From the NCBI GenBank assembly GCA_009602725.1, contig WELB01000029.1, forward strand, positions 363,737 through 420,341: a stretch of DNA of 56,605 nucleotides, written 5' to 3'. Positions 37,034 to 49,929 of this stretch are shown here, piece after piece; position 1 is the first letter of the stretch; every line of letters begins with the position of its first letter. Below the pieces are notes generated by a model. That model had not been told where the DNA came from, made no database searches, and saw only the letters and a program-made list of their open reading frames with translations. The translations under genes were made by a program, and so were the position numbers. The stretch is from Spirogloea muscicola. Its lineage: Eukaryota.

Positions 37034-38091
37034 AAGAAGTGGCTCTCCCAATGGGGGCAAGGGCTGTGAGAAGCCAGCCCGAAAAGAATTGACAAGGTTC
37101 GAAGGGGCCAAACTACGAGCTAAGCAGCGACTGCGGGGCCTGAAGAGGCTATGGCAGAACGGGGGAGGATGGACCACTTAGTAGTTACGAGTGAGGAGCC
37201 TCACATCCGACAGACTAGCTGCCGGTAAACTATCCCCCTGACGAAAGCCGGAGGCCGCAGCGAGAGCACGGCCAGCACGCAGATGCAAGGCGTGGGCCAT
37301 GGACCGCTGGAGGGAGACGGACAAGCGCATACGATACACCTGAGCCCAAGAGCCAGCGGCGTTGAAGTCAGCCGGCTCACCGCGCCTGCGGGACACAGCG
37401 CGCCGTGCAAGCCTGGCCAACAGGTCGAGCCAGTGGGATCCGAGAGCCCCATGCACGTCCACAGCCAGGGGGACGAACTCGTCGGCAGCCGGGTGGTCGG
37501 CGTGTTTGGCCGCCTTGCTGCGAGCGGCCTTTGCCGCAGCGTGGCCAGCCCGCGAGGCAGAAAGCCCCGGGTTGGAGCGGTCGACCACATCAGTGGTGAC
37601 CACATCGGCAATGATGCGCCCGCCACCGCCCGTCGTGGACGCCACCAAGTCGACGCGGCGCGTGTGGAGTCCGTCGGCCCTCTGGAGGATGGGCATGACA
37701 GAAGTATTCTCCATCGCAACTGTGTATCCGGCCTCCTGAAGGATGCCGAACATACCGTCGCGGAGGAGGTCGTGAGCGGCTGTGCGCTCGCCGCCAGTGG
37801 CGCAGCGAAGGATATGTGCCGCTAGCTCCGCGGGGTCCGTCGACCGCTCCCCACACTCACACTGCAGCACGCCAAGCAGACGGCGGGGGAAGACCCAACA
37901 GGCGATGGGTGGCCGTACGGAAGAGTTCGTCCGGCATCCTGAGGGCGTCGTACAGGGGGAGCGCGGACAGCCAGGCTGCCGCGCCAGGGGAGGCGGCCGA
38001 CAGCAGCCGAGCATGGCCTCGCACGTCTGTGGGAGGGAGGAGCTGCAGCGTGGCCGTGAAGGAGGCCTTGTCAACTGCCGCCATGTACCGC
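37034..38091 (-). mobile_element. Longest CRE-like copy (5'-truncated): end of RT-thumb/linker, CCHC knuckle, restriction-like endonuclease; 10-bp TSD
   Basis: AAAWLSALP..FRTATHRLLGLP [frameshift near 37885] CECG..HILRC..AHDLLRD..RRVDLV..IIADVVTT..SKAAKH..FVPLAVDVHGALG..RLSVSLQRSMA matches the typical CRE-clade C-terminus. TSD GGACACAAAG at 37024-37033 and 38092-38101. Confidence 0.88.
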
Positions 38092-38152
38092 GGACACAAA
38101 GGGTTTGAATAGCCGGATACGGGATAACGAAAGGAGCTAATGCCTATATTCT

Positions 38153-38720
38153 CTGGCGCGCTGTGTCCCGCAGGCGCGGTGAGCCGGCTGACTTCGCCGC
38201 CGCTGGCTCGTGGGCTCAGGTACACCGTATGCGATTGTCCGTCCCCCTTCAGCGGTCCATGGCCCACGCCTTGCATCTACTCCGGCTTCCGTCAGGGCGA
38301 CGTCTTTCCGCCTGCTAGCTACTCAGACTTGCATCTACTGACGAGAGGTTACTGAGAGTTTGCTTACTGCTGTCTCAGTCCTTAGCACTCCGACTCCTTC
38401 AGACCTTGTCCATTCTTTTGGGCTGGCCTCTCCCAGCCACCAGTTAATCTGGCCGCGCTTGCTCTTGCATCTGCGTGCTGGCCGTGCTCTCGCTGCGGCC
38501 TCCGGCTTTCGTTAGGGGGATAGTTTTCCGGCAGCTCGTCTGTCGGATTTGAGGCTCCTCACTCGTAATTACTGAGTAGGTCCATCCTCCCCCGTTCTGC
38601 CATAGCCTCTTCAGGCCCCTTAGTAGCTGCTTAGCTCGTAATTTGGCCCCTTCGAACCTTGTCAATTCTTTTCGGGCTGGCTTCTCACAGCCCTTGGCCC
38701 CATTGGGAGAGCCACTTCTT
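38153..38720 (+). mobile_element. CRE-like copy (TSD CTATATTCT) interrupted by a second-subfamily copy at 38279-38463 (TSD CTTGCATCT)
   Basis: CTATATTCT at 38144-38152 and 38721-38729; CTTGCATCT at 38270-38278 and 38464-38472. Removing the insert restores cacgccttgcatctgcgtgctgg, as in the other copies. Confidence 0.85.
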
Positions 38721-38801
38721 CTATATTCTTTCGCCCATAGAGAAAGAGGGGCTAGCAAAGCCAGCCCAGGAAAGAATGGACACACGGAACACCTGGGCAA
38801 G

Positions 38802-39535
38802 AAGAAGTGGCTCTCCCAATGGGGGCAAGGGCTGTGAGAAGCCAGCCCGAAAAGAATTGACAAGGTTCGAAGGGGCCAAATTACGAGCTAAGCAGCTACT
38901 AAGGGGCCTGAAGAGGCTATGGCAGAACGGGGGAGGATGGACCTACTCAGTAATTACGAGTGAGGAGCCTCAAATCCGACAGACGAGCTGCCGGAAATCT
39001 ATCCCCCTGACGAAATCCGGAGGCCGCAGCGAGAGCACGGCCAGCACGCAGATGCAAGGCGTGGGCCATGGACCGCTGAAGGGGGTCGGACAATCGCATA
39101 CGGTGTACCTGAGCCCACGAGCCAGCGGCGGTGAAGTCAGCCGGCTCACCGCGCCTGCGGGACACAGCGCGCCGTGCAAGCCGACAGGTCGAGCCAGTGG
39201 GATCCGAGAGCCCCGTGCACGTCCACAGCCAGGGGGGCGAACTCATCGGCAGCCGGGTGGTCGGCGTGTTTGGCCGCCTTGCTGCGAGCGGCCTTCGCCG
39301 CAGCGTGGCCAGCCCGCGAGGCAGAAAGCCCCGGGTTGGAGCGGTCGACCACATCAGTGGTGACCACATGGGCAATGATGCGGCCGCCGCCGCCGTCGTG
39401 GACGCCACCAGGTCGACGCGGCGCGTGTGGAGTCCGTCGGCCCTCTGGAGGATGGGCATGACAGACGTATTCTCCATCGCAACTGTGTATCCGGCCTCCA
39501 GGAAGATGCCGAACATTGCGTCGCGGAGGAGGTCG
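38802..39535 (-). mobile_element. 5'-truncated CRE-like copy with 8-bp TSD TGGGCAAG
   Basis: Highly similar to 37034-37773. TSD at 38794-38801 and 39536-39543. Confidence 0.85.
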
Positions 39536-40075
39536 TGGGCAAGCCACCGGCGACGTTGACGCCGGGCAGCTCACCTCGCTGTCCCTGCCCACGGAGCGAA
39601 CAAGGTCCACGTGGTGATGGCCGTCCTGGAAGGCGCGCGGAATTAGGAGCAGCAGGCAGCTGAAGGAGAAAGAAGAAAGAGAAAGGGCTCGCCCGTTGAG
39701 GATAGGGGCTGGAAAAGCCAGCCCAAAATGAAGTGAACAAGGAAGGAAAAAGCGCGGCCAGATTGACTGGTAGCTGTGAGAGGCCAGCCCAGGAAAAGGA
39801 ATCGACAGTCTGAAGGAAGGGACAGGAAAGGCCTGGAGGGGCGAAGGCTCGGAAAGGCTTGGGAAAGATTAGCGCGGCCAGAAGATTGACTGGTGGCTGG
39901 GAGAGGCCAGCCCACACGAATGGACAAGGTCTGAAGGAGCCGGAGTGCTAAGGACTGAGACAGCAGCAAAGGGGAAAGGCTCGGAAAGGCACCTCCGGCG
40001 GGACGTCTCCCTGTCAGCCAGCTGCACTCCCCTGTCAGCCAGCAGCAGCTCGCGTCCACCCCCGCGGCTGCCCAC

Positions 40076-42595
<2,520 letters not shown>

Positions 42596-43665
42596 TGCAC
42601 CTGCACTCCGAGCTGTAGTCGTCCAGCTTGGCAGTGCGACTTTAATTTTTCAGACAGGGTTTGCTCAGAGCGACTTGACTGAGTCGATTGATAGACAGAC
42701 TCGATATGCCTCTTTTCTCAAGTTATTGCTCGGCTTTAAGGTTGAGCAGGGACATGTATTCACTGCAAAATGTGGCCAACATGATTGGGTGAGGCTCCCC
42801 ATTGATAGTACCTGTGCCACAAGGCAGCAGGCTGTAGCAAGGTGCACAACATGTTCTGATAAAATTCCCCAGAGCTCATTTGTAACTGACGAGGTTCACA
42901 GCAGTCCTTATTGTGATAAGGAGATGCAGATGACGAGGTTGACTTGCTACACTATCACCACAGTCGCAGGCTGTCTTGTACTCCGAAGTGCCTCTGAAAA
43001 CACCATACCATGAACAGAGCCTCATTCTCTCTGGCCCCTAAGTATGCTTTTGTCACTACCATCTGGTAGAGGCAGCCTGCGATCTATACTTACTGCTGAC
43101 TTGCATACGCATTGTTGTAGAACTCGCTATTTGTTGCTATCACTATCTCCTTAAAGCCAACCTGCTCTCTTAACAGGCCTGATGTTTTAGATGCACTACA
43201 AGCAGCAAGCACAGTGCCTCCTAGGCTCGCGCAGTGATGCGTATATGGCGACGAGCAACAGGCAGCTTCTGGAGTCCTCTGTGCAACATGAGCTGGCGAC
43301 ATGGACTTGGACACGTGAGTGCATTACCGCCTCTCTAAGGCATGTCGAGCGACAAGAGCAGAAGTGCAGGCTCCATCTATAAGGGAGTCAGCACCAAGTT
43401 CCTCACGTGGTCCACGCCAAGGCAGGCATCCTACCTCCAGGCGTTCGCCTGCTGGTGCTCTGCAGAGCGCGCAGCTCTGAGCTCTGTTGCGCTATCAGGC
43501 GCCTGAAAACAAGCACATGGTTCCTGTGCAACATGGGTCCTGTACATCGTGGAGTATAAATCTTGCTCTAAAGCGGCCGCAACCTACAAGCTGCAGCCTT
43601 ATGTACAGCTCCTCCATAAATGACGGCAGAGGCAGCAGCAGGGCGACGGCGCCGGCGCCGGCGTG

Positions 43666-44572
43666 CTAGTGTCGCTGCGACTGCGGGGCTTGCGTGGGCA
43701 GGCCGCTCTCACGCCATGCGGCAAAGCCGCCACCAACGTCCGTCACGCCGACATACTCCTGTCCATGCATTAACGACGCCATTAGCTCTATAGTCTTAGT
43801 ACACTGCATCAACGACGCCATTAGCTCTCTCTAACCTTATTACATTAGCTGGCATGCCAGCGGCCCAAGTCCTAGGCGTACGTCGAGTGTGGGGGGGAGG
43901 GAGGGGACTCTCTGTGCACTCACCGCGCTTTGAAGCTCCGCAGCCGCTTTCATCGACCGTTTCCCGCTCTGGCAGCCCTGCGGTGGACGCCACGACGCAG
44001 CACACAGCCAGGCGGCAGAAGTCAGGCCGTGTAGGCGACGCCAGCTGCAAGCATGGCGGCATCAGCGGCAGCAGCAGCGGCGATGCTCACCACAAGGATC
44101 TCATCGGCTTTGTCAAAGTGCGCAGCGACCTCCGCTAGGAAGTCCTGCTTCCTCGTCATGCCTGTGGTGACGAAGACGGCAGATGAGCAATGGCGCTGCC
44201 AAGCGGGGCAACTAGCCACCCATGCCGACCGGACAGCCGGCTTGCGAGGTGCGGCCGAAGCGCCAGTGGCGGGGGTTTGCTCTACCGGTGGGCGTGCGGT
44301 GCATGTATGGCACGTTGACGGCGCCGGGGACGTGGCCGCCGCCGAACTCCTCCTCCGTCCTGTCGCCAGCCCATGGCCAGAGCAAGTCAGCAATTTGCGT
44401 GGTAATGACTGCGACAGTGAGCGGCATTGACATCGGGGGGAGGGAGGGAGGGAGGTGGAAGAGGCAGGTGGGCCCTGACCTAACGTCGAGGTAGAGGTGG
44501 CCGGCCTCCATGAGCTCGTTCGCGACTTGCACCGGCACGCTGCGGATAGTCACTGCCTCGCCTGTCGCCGCC
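43666..44572 (-). CDS. Single-domain rhodanese/sulfurtransferase (STR15/16/18-like); 5' exon lies in or beyond the N gap
   Basis: Exons: SVPVQVANELMEAGHLYLDVR / TEEEFGGGHVPGAVNVPYM / GMTRKQDFLAEV..DEILV / GCQSGKRSMKAA (active-site Cys loop) / VTDVGGGFAAWRESGLP..*. Confidence 0.9.
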
Positions 44573-44875
44573 TGCAGGCGCACACTGCACCACCATCCGC
44601 CACAGTTCCGCACAGTCTTGTCACAGGTGAACCAGGGTAAGCCCAATAAGTCGTGGGCGCTTTGACAAGAAGAGGGAGGGCTGAAGAGGAAGTTGGGGAG
44701 GAGAGAGACGCACATGATGGGGTGGGGGGGGGTGGAGCACATGATACAGGCAGATGTGCATAACTATAATAGGACGGAGGAAGGAGCAGAGGGAGGGGAG
44801 ATGGAGAATGGAGAAGAAGGCGTGGAGGAGGAGAGAGGCGGAGGAGAGGCGGAGGTTGTGAGGAAGGCAGGGGGG

Positions 44876-45495
44876 NNNNNNNNNNNNNNNNNNNNNNNNN
44901 NNNNNNNNNNNNNNNNNNNNNNNNNNNNNNNNNNNNNNNNNNNNNNNNNNNNNNNNNNNNNNNNNNNNNNNNNNNNNNNNNNNNNNNNNNNNNNNNNNNN
45001 NNNNNNNNNNNNNNNNNNNNNNNNNNNNNNNNNNNNNNNNNNNNNNNNNNNNNNNNNNNNNNNNNNNNNNNNNNNNNNNNNNNNNNNNNNNNNNNNNNNN
45101 NNNNNNNNNNNNNNNNNNNNNNNNNNNNNNNNNNNNNNNNNNNNNNNNNNNNNNNNNNNNNNNNNNNNNNNNNNNNNNNNNNNNNNNNNNNNNNNNNNNN
45201 NNNNNNNNNNNNNNNNNNNNNNNNNNNNNNNNNNNNNNNNNNNNNNNNNNNNNNNNNNNNNNNNNNNNNNNNNNNNNNNNNNNNNNNNNNNNNNNNNNNN
45301 NNNNNNNNNNNNNNNNNNNNNNNNNNNNNNNNNNNNNNNNNNNNNNNNNNNNNNNNNNNNNNNNNNNNNNNNNNNNNNNNNNNNNNNNNNNNNNNNNNNN
45401 NNNNNNNNNNNNNNNNNNNNNNNNNNNNNNNNNNNNNNNNNNNNNNNNNNNNNNNNNNNNNNNNNNNNNNNNNNNNNNNNNNNNNNNNNNNNNNG
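44876..45495. other. Assembly gap (N run) in the rhodanese 5' region
   Basis: Directly visible. Confidence 0.97.
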
Positions 45496-45764
45496 GCGGC
45501 GGCGGCGGCGACGGCGAGTGCGGCGGCGGCGGCGGCGGCGGCGACGGAGGCGGAGGCGAAGTGTGGCGCTGGTCTGTGGAGGGGGGGCGGTGGAGCTGGG
45601 TGGGGGTGGGGAGCGTGGCGCTTCAAGCGAGGGCCTCGGTAACGAAATGTACTGCCGGAAGGGAGGGGTGGGGGCCCCCCCGGGGCCCCCTCCTCGTCGG
45701 CAACATCCGGTGGGCGCTATCCGCCAGCCGGCCCCGGGGGGCCCCGAATAGATCAGAAGAATGA

Positions 45765-48200
45765 AGCAAGCGCGGCCAGATTGACTGGTGGCTGGGAGAG
45801 GCCATCCCAAACGAATGGACAAGGTCTGAAGGAGCCGGAGTGCTGAGGACTGAGACAGCAGCAAGCGGACGCTCAGTAAGAGAGAGAGAGAGTAACCTCT
45901 AGTCAGTAGATGCAAGTCTGAACAGCTAGAATGCGGAAAGACGTCCCCCAAGAATGGGGTCGAGGTCAGGAAACCGAATTGCTGAGTGGGAGTTCCCTGC
46001 TTTCCACGTCGCTCCATGGCGTTTCCACACGTACGTCGATAGAAAGAGAGCAAGTGCTCGCCCAAAAAGGGTGGGGGCTGGGAAAGAAGAAGAAAGTGGC
46101 TCTTCCAATGGGGGCAAGGGCTGTGAGAAGTGGCTCTCCCAATGGGGGCAAGGGCTGTGAGAGAAGTGTGAGAAGCTAGCCCAAAAAGATCTGACAAGGT
46201 TCGAAGGGGCCAACCTACGAAGGGGCCAGAGGCGCTAGCTCTAAAACGGCAGCTAGTCTGTCGGATTTGAGGCTCCTCACTCGTAACTGCTGAGTGGTCC
46301 ATCCTCCCCCCGTTCTGACATAGCATCTTCAGGCCCCTTCGTAGCTGCTAAGCGCTTTAGGCCCCTCCGTGATTTGGCCCCTTCAAACCTTTGTCGATTT
46401 TCTTCGGGCTGGCTTCTACAGCCCTTGCCCCCATTGGGAGAGCCACTTCTTCCACACTAGGGAAGGATGAATCACTCAGGCTGGGAAAGGCCAGCCTAAA
46501 AAGAAGAAAGAGCTCGCCCATTGAGCATAGGGGCTCGAAAAGCCAGCCCAAAAAAGGATGAACAAAGTACGAGAAGGGGGCCAGGGCAAGCGCTAAGGAA
46601 AACAAGCACAAAAAGAAACAAAGCAGCTACGAAGCACTCAGTAACCCCTGCTAAGCAGCCTCAGGTCAGAGTAAAAGAAAGCTGAGAGAAGCTGGGCTCC
46701 TGGGAGCGGGTCCCCTGGCCAGAGCCAGAGGCAGCAGCGAGGGCTCTGCCGGCACGCAGGTGCAGCGCGCGGGCCATAGACCTCTGCAGCGACACTCAGT
46801 TAGTAAGGAAGGTCGCTCGGTATTCAACAGTCAGCAGCCCTGGAGGATAAAGACGATACGCTCGTCTCCTTGTACATTTCTTTGGGCTGGCCTCTCACCT
46901 TGTTTTCCGGCAGCTAGTCTGTCGGGTTTGAGGCTCCTCACTCGTCGTTATTGAGTGGTTCATCCTAATCCACTTCTGAGCTGGCGCTTATGGCCCCTTC
47001 GTAGTTTGGCCCCTTGGACCCTTGTCCATTCTTTACGAGCTTCTTTTCCTGTCTTCTGCAATTGTCTTCTTCAAGGCCCTCTCTGGCTGCGAGTTACTCG
47101 GACTTGCTGCTGCTCACTCGCGGGTACTGAGCTTCCATCTGCCGATGTGTAGTGTCTAGCTTATCGGTAGAGTGTGTTGTCTAGCTGTGTGGTTTTTCTT
47201 CTCGGCCCCTTTTGGCTGCTTTGGACCTTCCTTGTCCACTCTTTTTAGCTGCTCAACCAGCTCGCCCGTCACGCCATCGTCCACCGCTTCCATGGGAGCC
47301 GGTGGAATTTCCTGCAGCCGGGTCGCTAGCGCAGGTGTACCGTATGCGCTTGGTCGTCTCGTTGCAGCGGTCTATGGCCCGTGCGCTGCACCTGCGTGCC
47401 GGCAGAGCCCTCGCTGCTGCCTCTGGCTCTGGCCAGGGGACCCGCTTCCAGGAACCCAGTTTCTCTGACCGGAGGCTGCTTAGCAGGGGTTACTGAGTGC
47501 TTCGTAGCTGCTTACTTTCATTCTGTGCTTGTTTTTCTTAGTGCTTCCCCAGGCCCCTTCTCGTCCTTTGTTCATTCTTTTTTGGGCTGGCTTTTTCCAG
47601 CCCCTATCCTCGATGGGCGAGCCCTTCTCTATAACTGAGCGAGCCTCATTAGTCGAACTTAGTTGATTCGTGGTTTTCTGGGCTGAGCTGGCCCATCACA
47701 GCCATCGCACTGAAAAGCCTCTCTCTCTTTTTCCCTTAGCGGTCACTTACTTTCACGACTCCTTCCTTGACTTCCCTATTCCTTTCATTCTCTTCGAACT
47801 GGCCTCTGACAGCCATCGCCTACCTTTGGAAGAGCTGTTAGCTTTGAGCGTTCGCAGAAGTACGGAGAGTAGGTTTTTGCGACTTCCGGCCTTTCCAAAG
47901 CCTTGTTCATTTCTCTTAGTGCCTTCTTCTTCTTTAGAGCCATCGCCGGACTTTGGAAGAGCTGTGTGTACTGGGCTGGCCTCTCACAGCCATCGCCTTG
48001 CTTTGGAAGAGCTGATTCTTATATCCAGATGGAATGTATAAGGTCCGAATGTTGTATTAGATCTTGTTCTCTCTTCCTGCCTAGAAGCAGCAGCTCTCCT
48101 TCTCTTCAATACGTTCATTCGTTTGTGGGCTGACTTTATCACAGCCCTCGCCTTTGAGGAGCTGCCCCATTTTCTGGAAGAAGCTTCATCTGGAAGAGCT
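45765..48200. mobile_element. Second cluster of CRE-like 3' fragments, both orientations, with a degenerate tandem UTR tail
   Basis: ORF ends SDLHLLTRGY (~45890, -), LSDLRLLTRN (~46260, +), LLSRGY (~46640, - and 47496, +) and LLTRRY (46954, +). Repeated gggctggcctctcacagccatcgcc..tttggaagagctg units at 47680-48200. Confidence 0.82.
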
Positions 48201-49929
48201 GCTTCGTCTACAGCCTGCTATTGACATTGCGAATTGCCACGCCCGGATCACTCCATATCCAAAACGGATAAATGTGGGACAAAGTATTTAACCTGATTAA
48301 AGAATTTACCCCCCTTCCCCCGCATTATCTTTCAGTAGAATGAAGGCCCCAACCAAGCCAGTCCTTAATTCGTGGCCGATTGCGTGGCGCTGACCGCTGA
48401 CCACCTCCCATACTTCACCGCACGAGCGTTGCGACGTGGCGCATTCCTTGTGCCCTTAATTTTCTTGAGAGAAAGTGTGCGCCCATTGAGAAGAGGGGCT
48501 GGCAGAGGCCATCCCGAAAAGAGTGGACGAAATCCAAAGAGCCAAGAAGATGCCTACAAGAAAAATGACAGCTAGACACAACACGATGCAACGGGGAACT
48601 CACTTGAGAGCCAGGGGTACCAGGAATTGAATTGAGAGCGTCCCCTTAACGTCACCGGCTAGCTTGACGTGGGCCTGCAGACGGCATGGTAATTAGACCG
48701 TCAGGCGAGCTTGTAGACCGGGCATGGGGAGCACCTCTACTGGTAGGATCTTTGTTTTGAGAGACTACTTCCTCCGGAAGGGCCCAGAAAAACGCTAACA
48801 TATACAGCGACTCAAGAGACCAGGTGCTCATAAATCCTGTTGATCAGCCGTACGTCAAACTTTTCTTTTCCTTTTTCTGGGCTGGCTAATTACAGCCAAC
48901 GTCCTCTACTGGATGAGACTGTGAGGGTCCTCCACCAAATGCCCCACCCTTTCCTTTCCCTAACGATGACCTGTGCAATCTGGTCTAGCTCTTCTATAAA
49001 TCCGCGTACATTCGCCTCATCTCCAAGGAAGTTACAACCCCAAATTTCCTGGACTTCAAGAAATCTGAATCTCAATGCATTCCTCCAAGTGAGGCGTCTG
49101 AACCGGCCACCCACAGCCGCAGCCACTGCAAGACAAGAATCTTACAATTTTGTCAGCAAAGTCATATGTGTGTCGCTCACGTGTAGTACTTTATGCCAAG
49201 ATTGGACTCATTGTGTCTTTGACAAATAGCTCTAGCGTTCTCTTTCCTGCCGTGAGTCCCAGTTATCAGTTCTTATCAGCAGCCATATGAATTACTTACT
49301 CCAGTGACCGGGATTCATTGTAGGCGCCCTCCTGATGTCCTGACCGCAACCCTTACAGGCGCTCTCCTCGTATCTGTCCACTTCTATAGCACCGCGTTGG
49401 TGCCCACGTCTGTCAACTTCTGAATGGATCCTGGCTACTGCTGCCCTTGCTGACTACCCCTTGCTGTTTGACATGAATCACCAGTCTGGGCTTGTCATCT
49501 GATGCAGAAACCTGCAAGCTCGGACTTTCACTCACTGTAGGCTTTCTAATGGCAACTCCTTGAAGGATCAACTCTTTGCTCAGACGGGAAGATTCCTCCT
49601 GCAACTTAATCATCTCAGTTGTGTATTCATCGCTTCAACCCCAACATTACTTGATGCTAATGGACATGCACCCTTGAATCTCGCGCGTGGGTCTGGTTAG
49701 GCAGACTGGTTGTGCAGACAGGTTCCAGATTGTACTCCGAAGAAAAGAATTAGTCAACTCCACAGATAGGAAGGCCAGCTTTATCAAAGCGGGCCAATCT
49801 CAAGAATGTATATGTAAGCGGCCACTGTCCTGGAGAGCAGGCCGCACGAAGAGTCCAGCTTTGCTGGACAAGCATGTAAAGTTGCTGCACTTTGGCACTG
49901 CACCTACCAAAGAAGCTCAGCTAGTGGTG

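Larger units (their letters stand above)
35530..39990. mobile_element. Nested cluster of 5'-truncated CRE-like non-LTR retrotransposon copies in both orientations
   Basis: At least 6 ORF termini (LTRGY/LTRKY/LTRNY stop) plus many 3' UTR copies with the core ttctttt-gggctggc-ctctcacagcc. Confidence 0.88.

Noticed and set aside
35530..39990. Recurrent gggctggc..cagcc motif as a CRISPR array or LTRs
   Set aside because: Spacing is irregular, orientation is mixed, the context is eukaryotic and there are no TG..CA ends. The motif is explained as non-LTR element 3' UTRs.
45757..45956. Possible TSD AAGAATG around an LTRGY-type fragment
   Set aside because: It is only 7 bp and not flush with the inferred element end, so it may be chance.
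44550..46326. 350-520-aa ORFs
   Set aside because: They are artefacts of reading through the N gap; the same applies at 17370-18377.
48840..49620. Short minus-strand ORFs (WRNALRFRFLEVQEIWG..)
   Set aside because: They look protein-like but are short and unassignable without a search.
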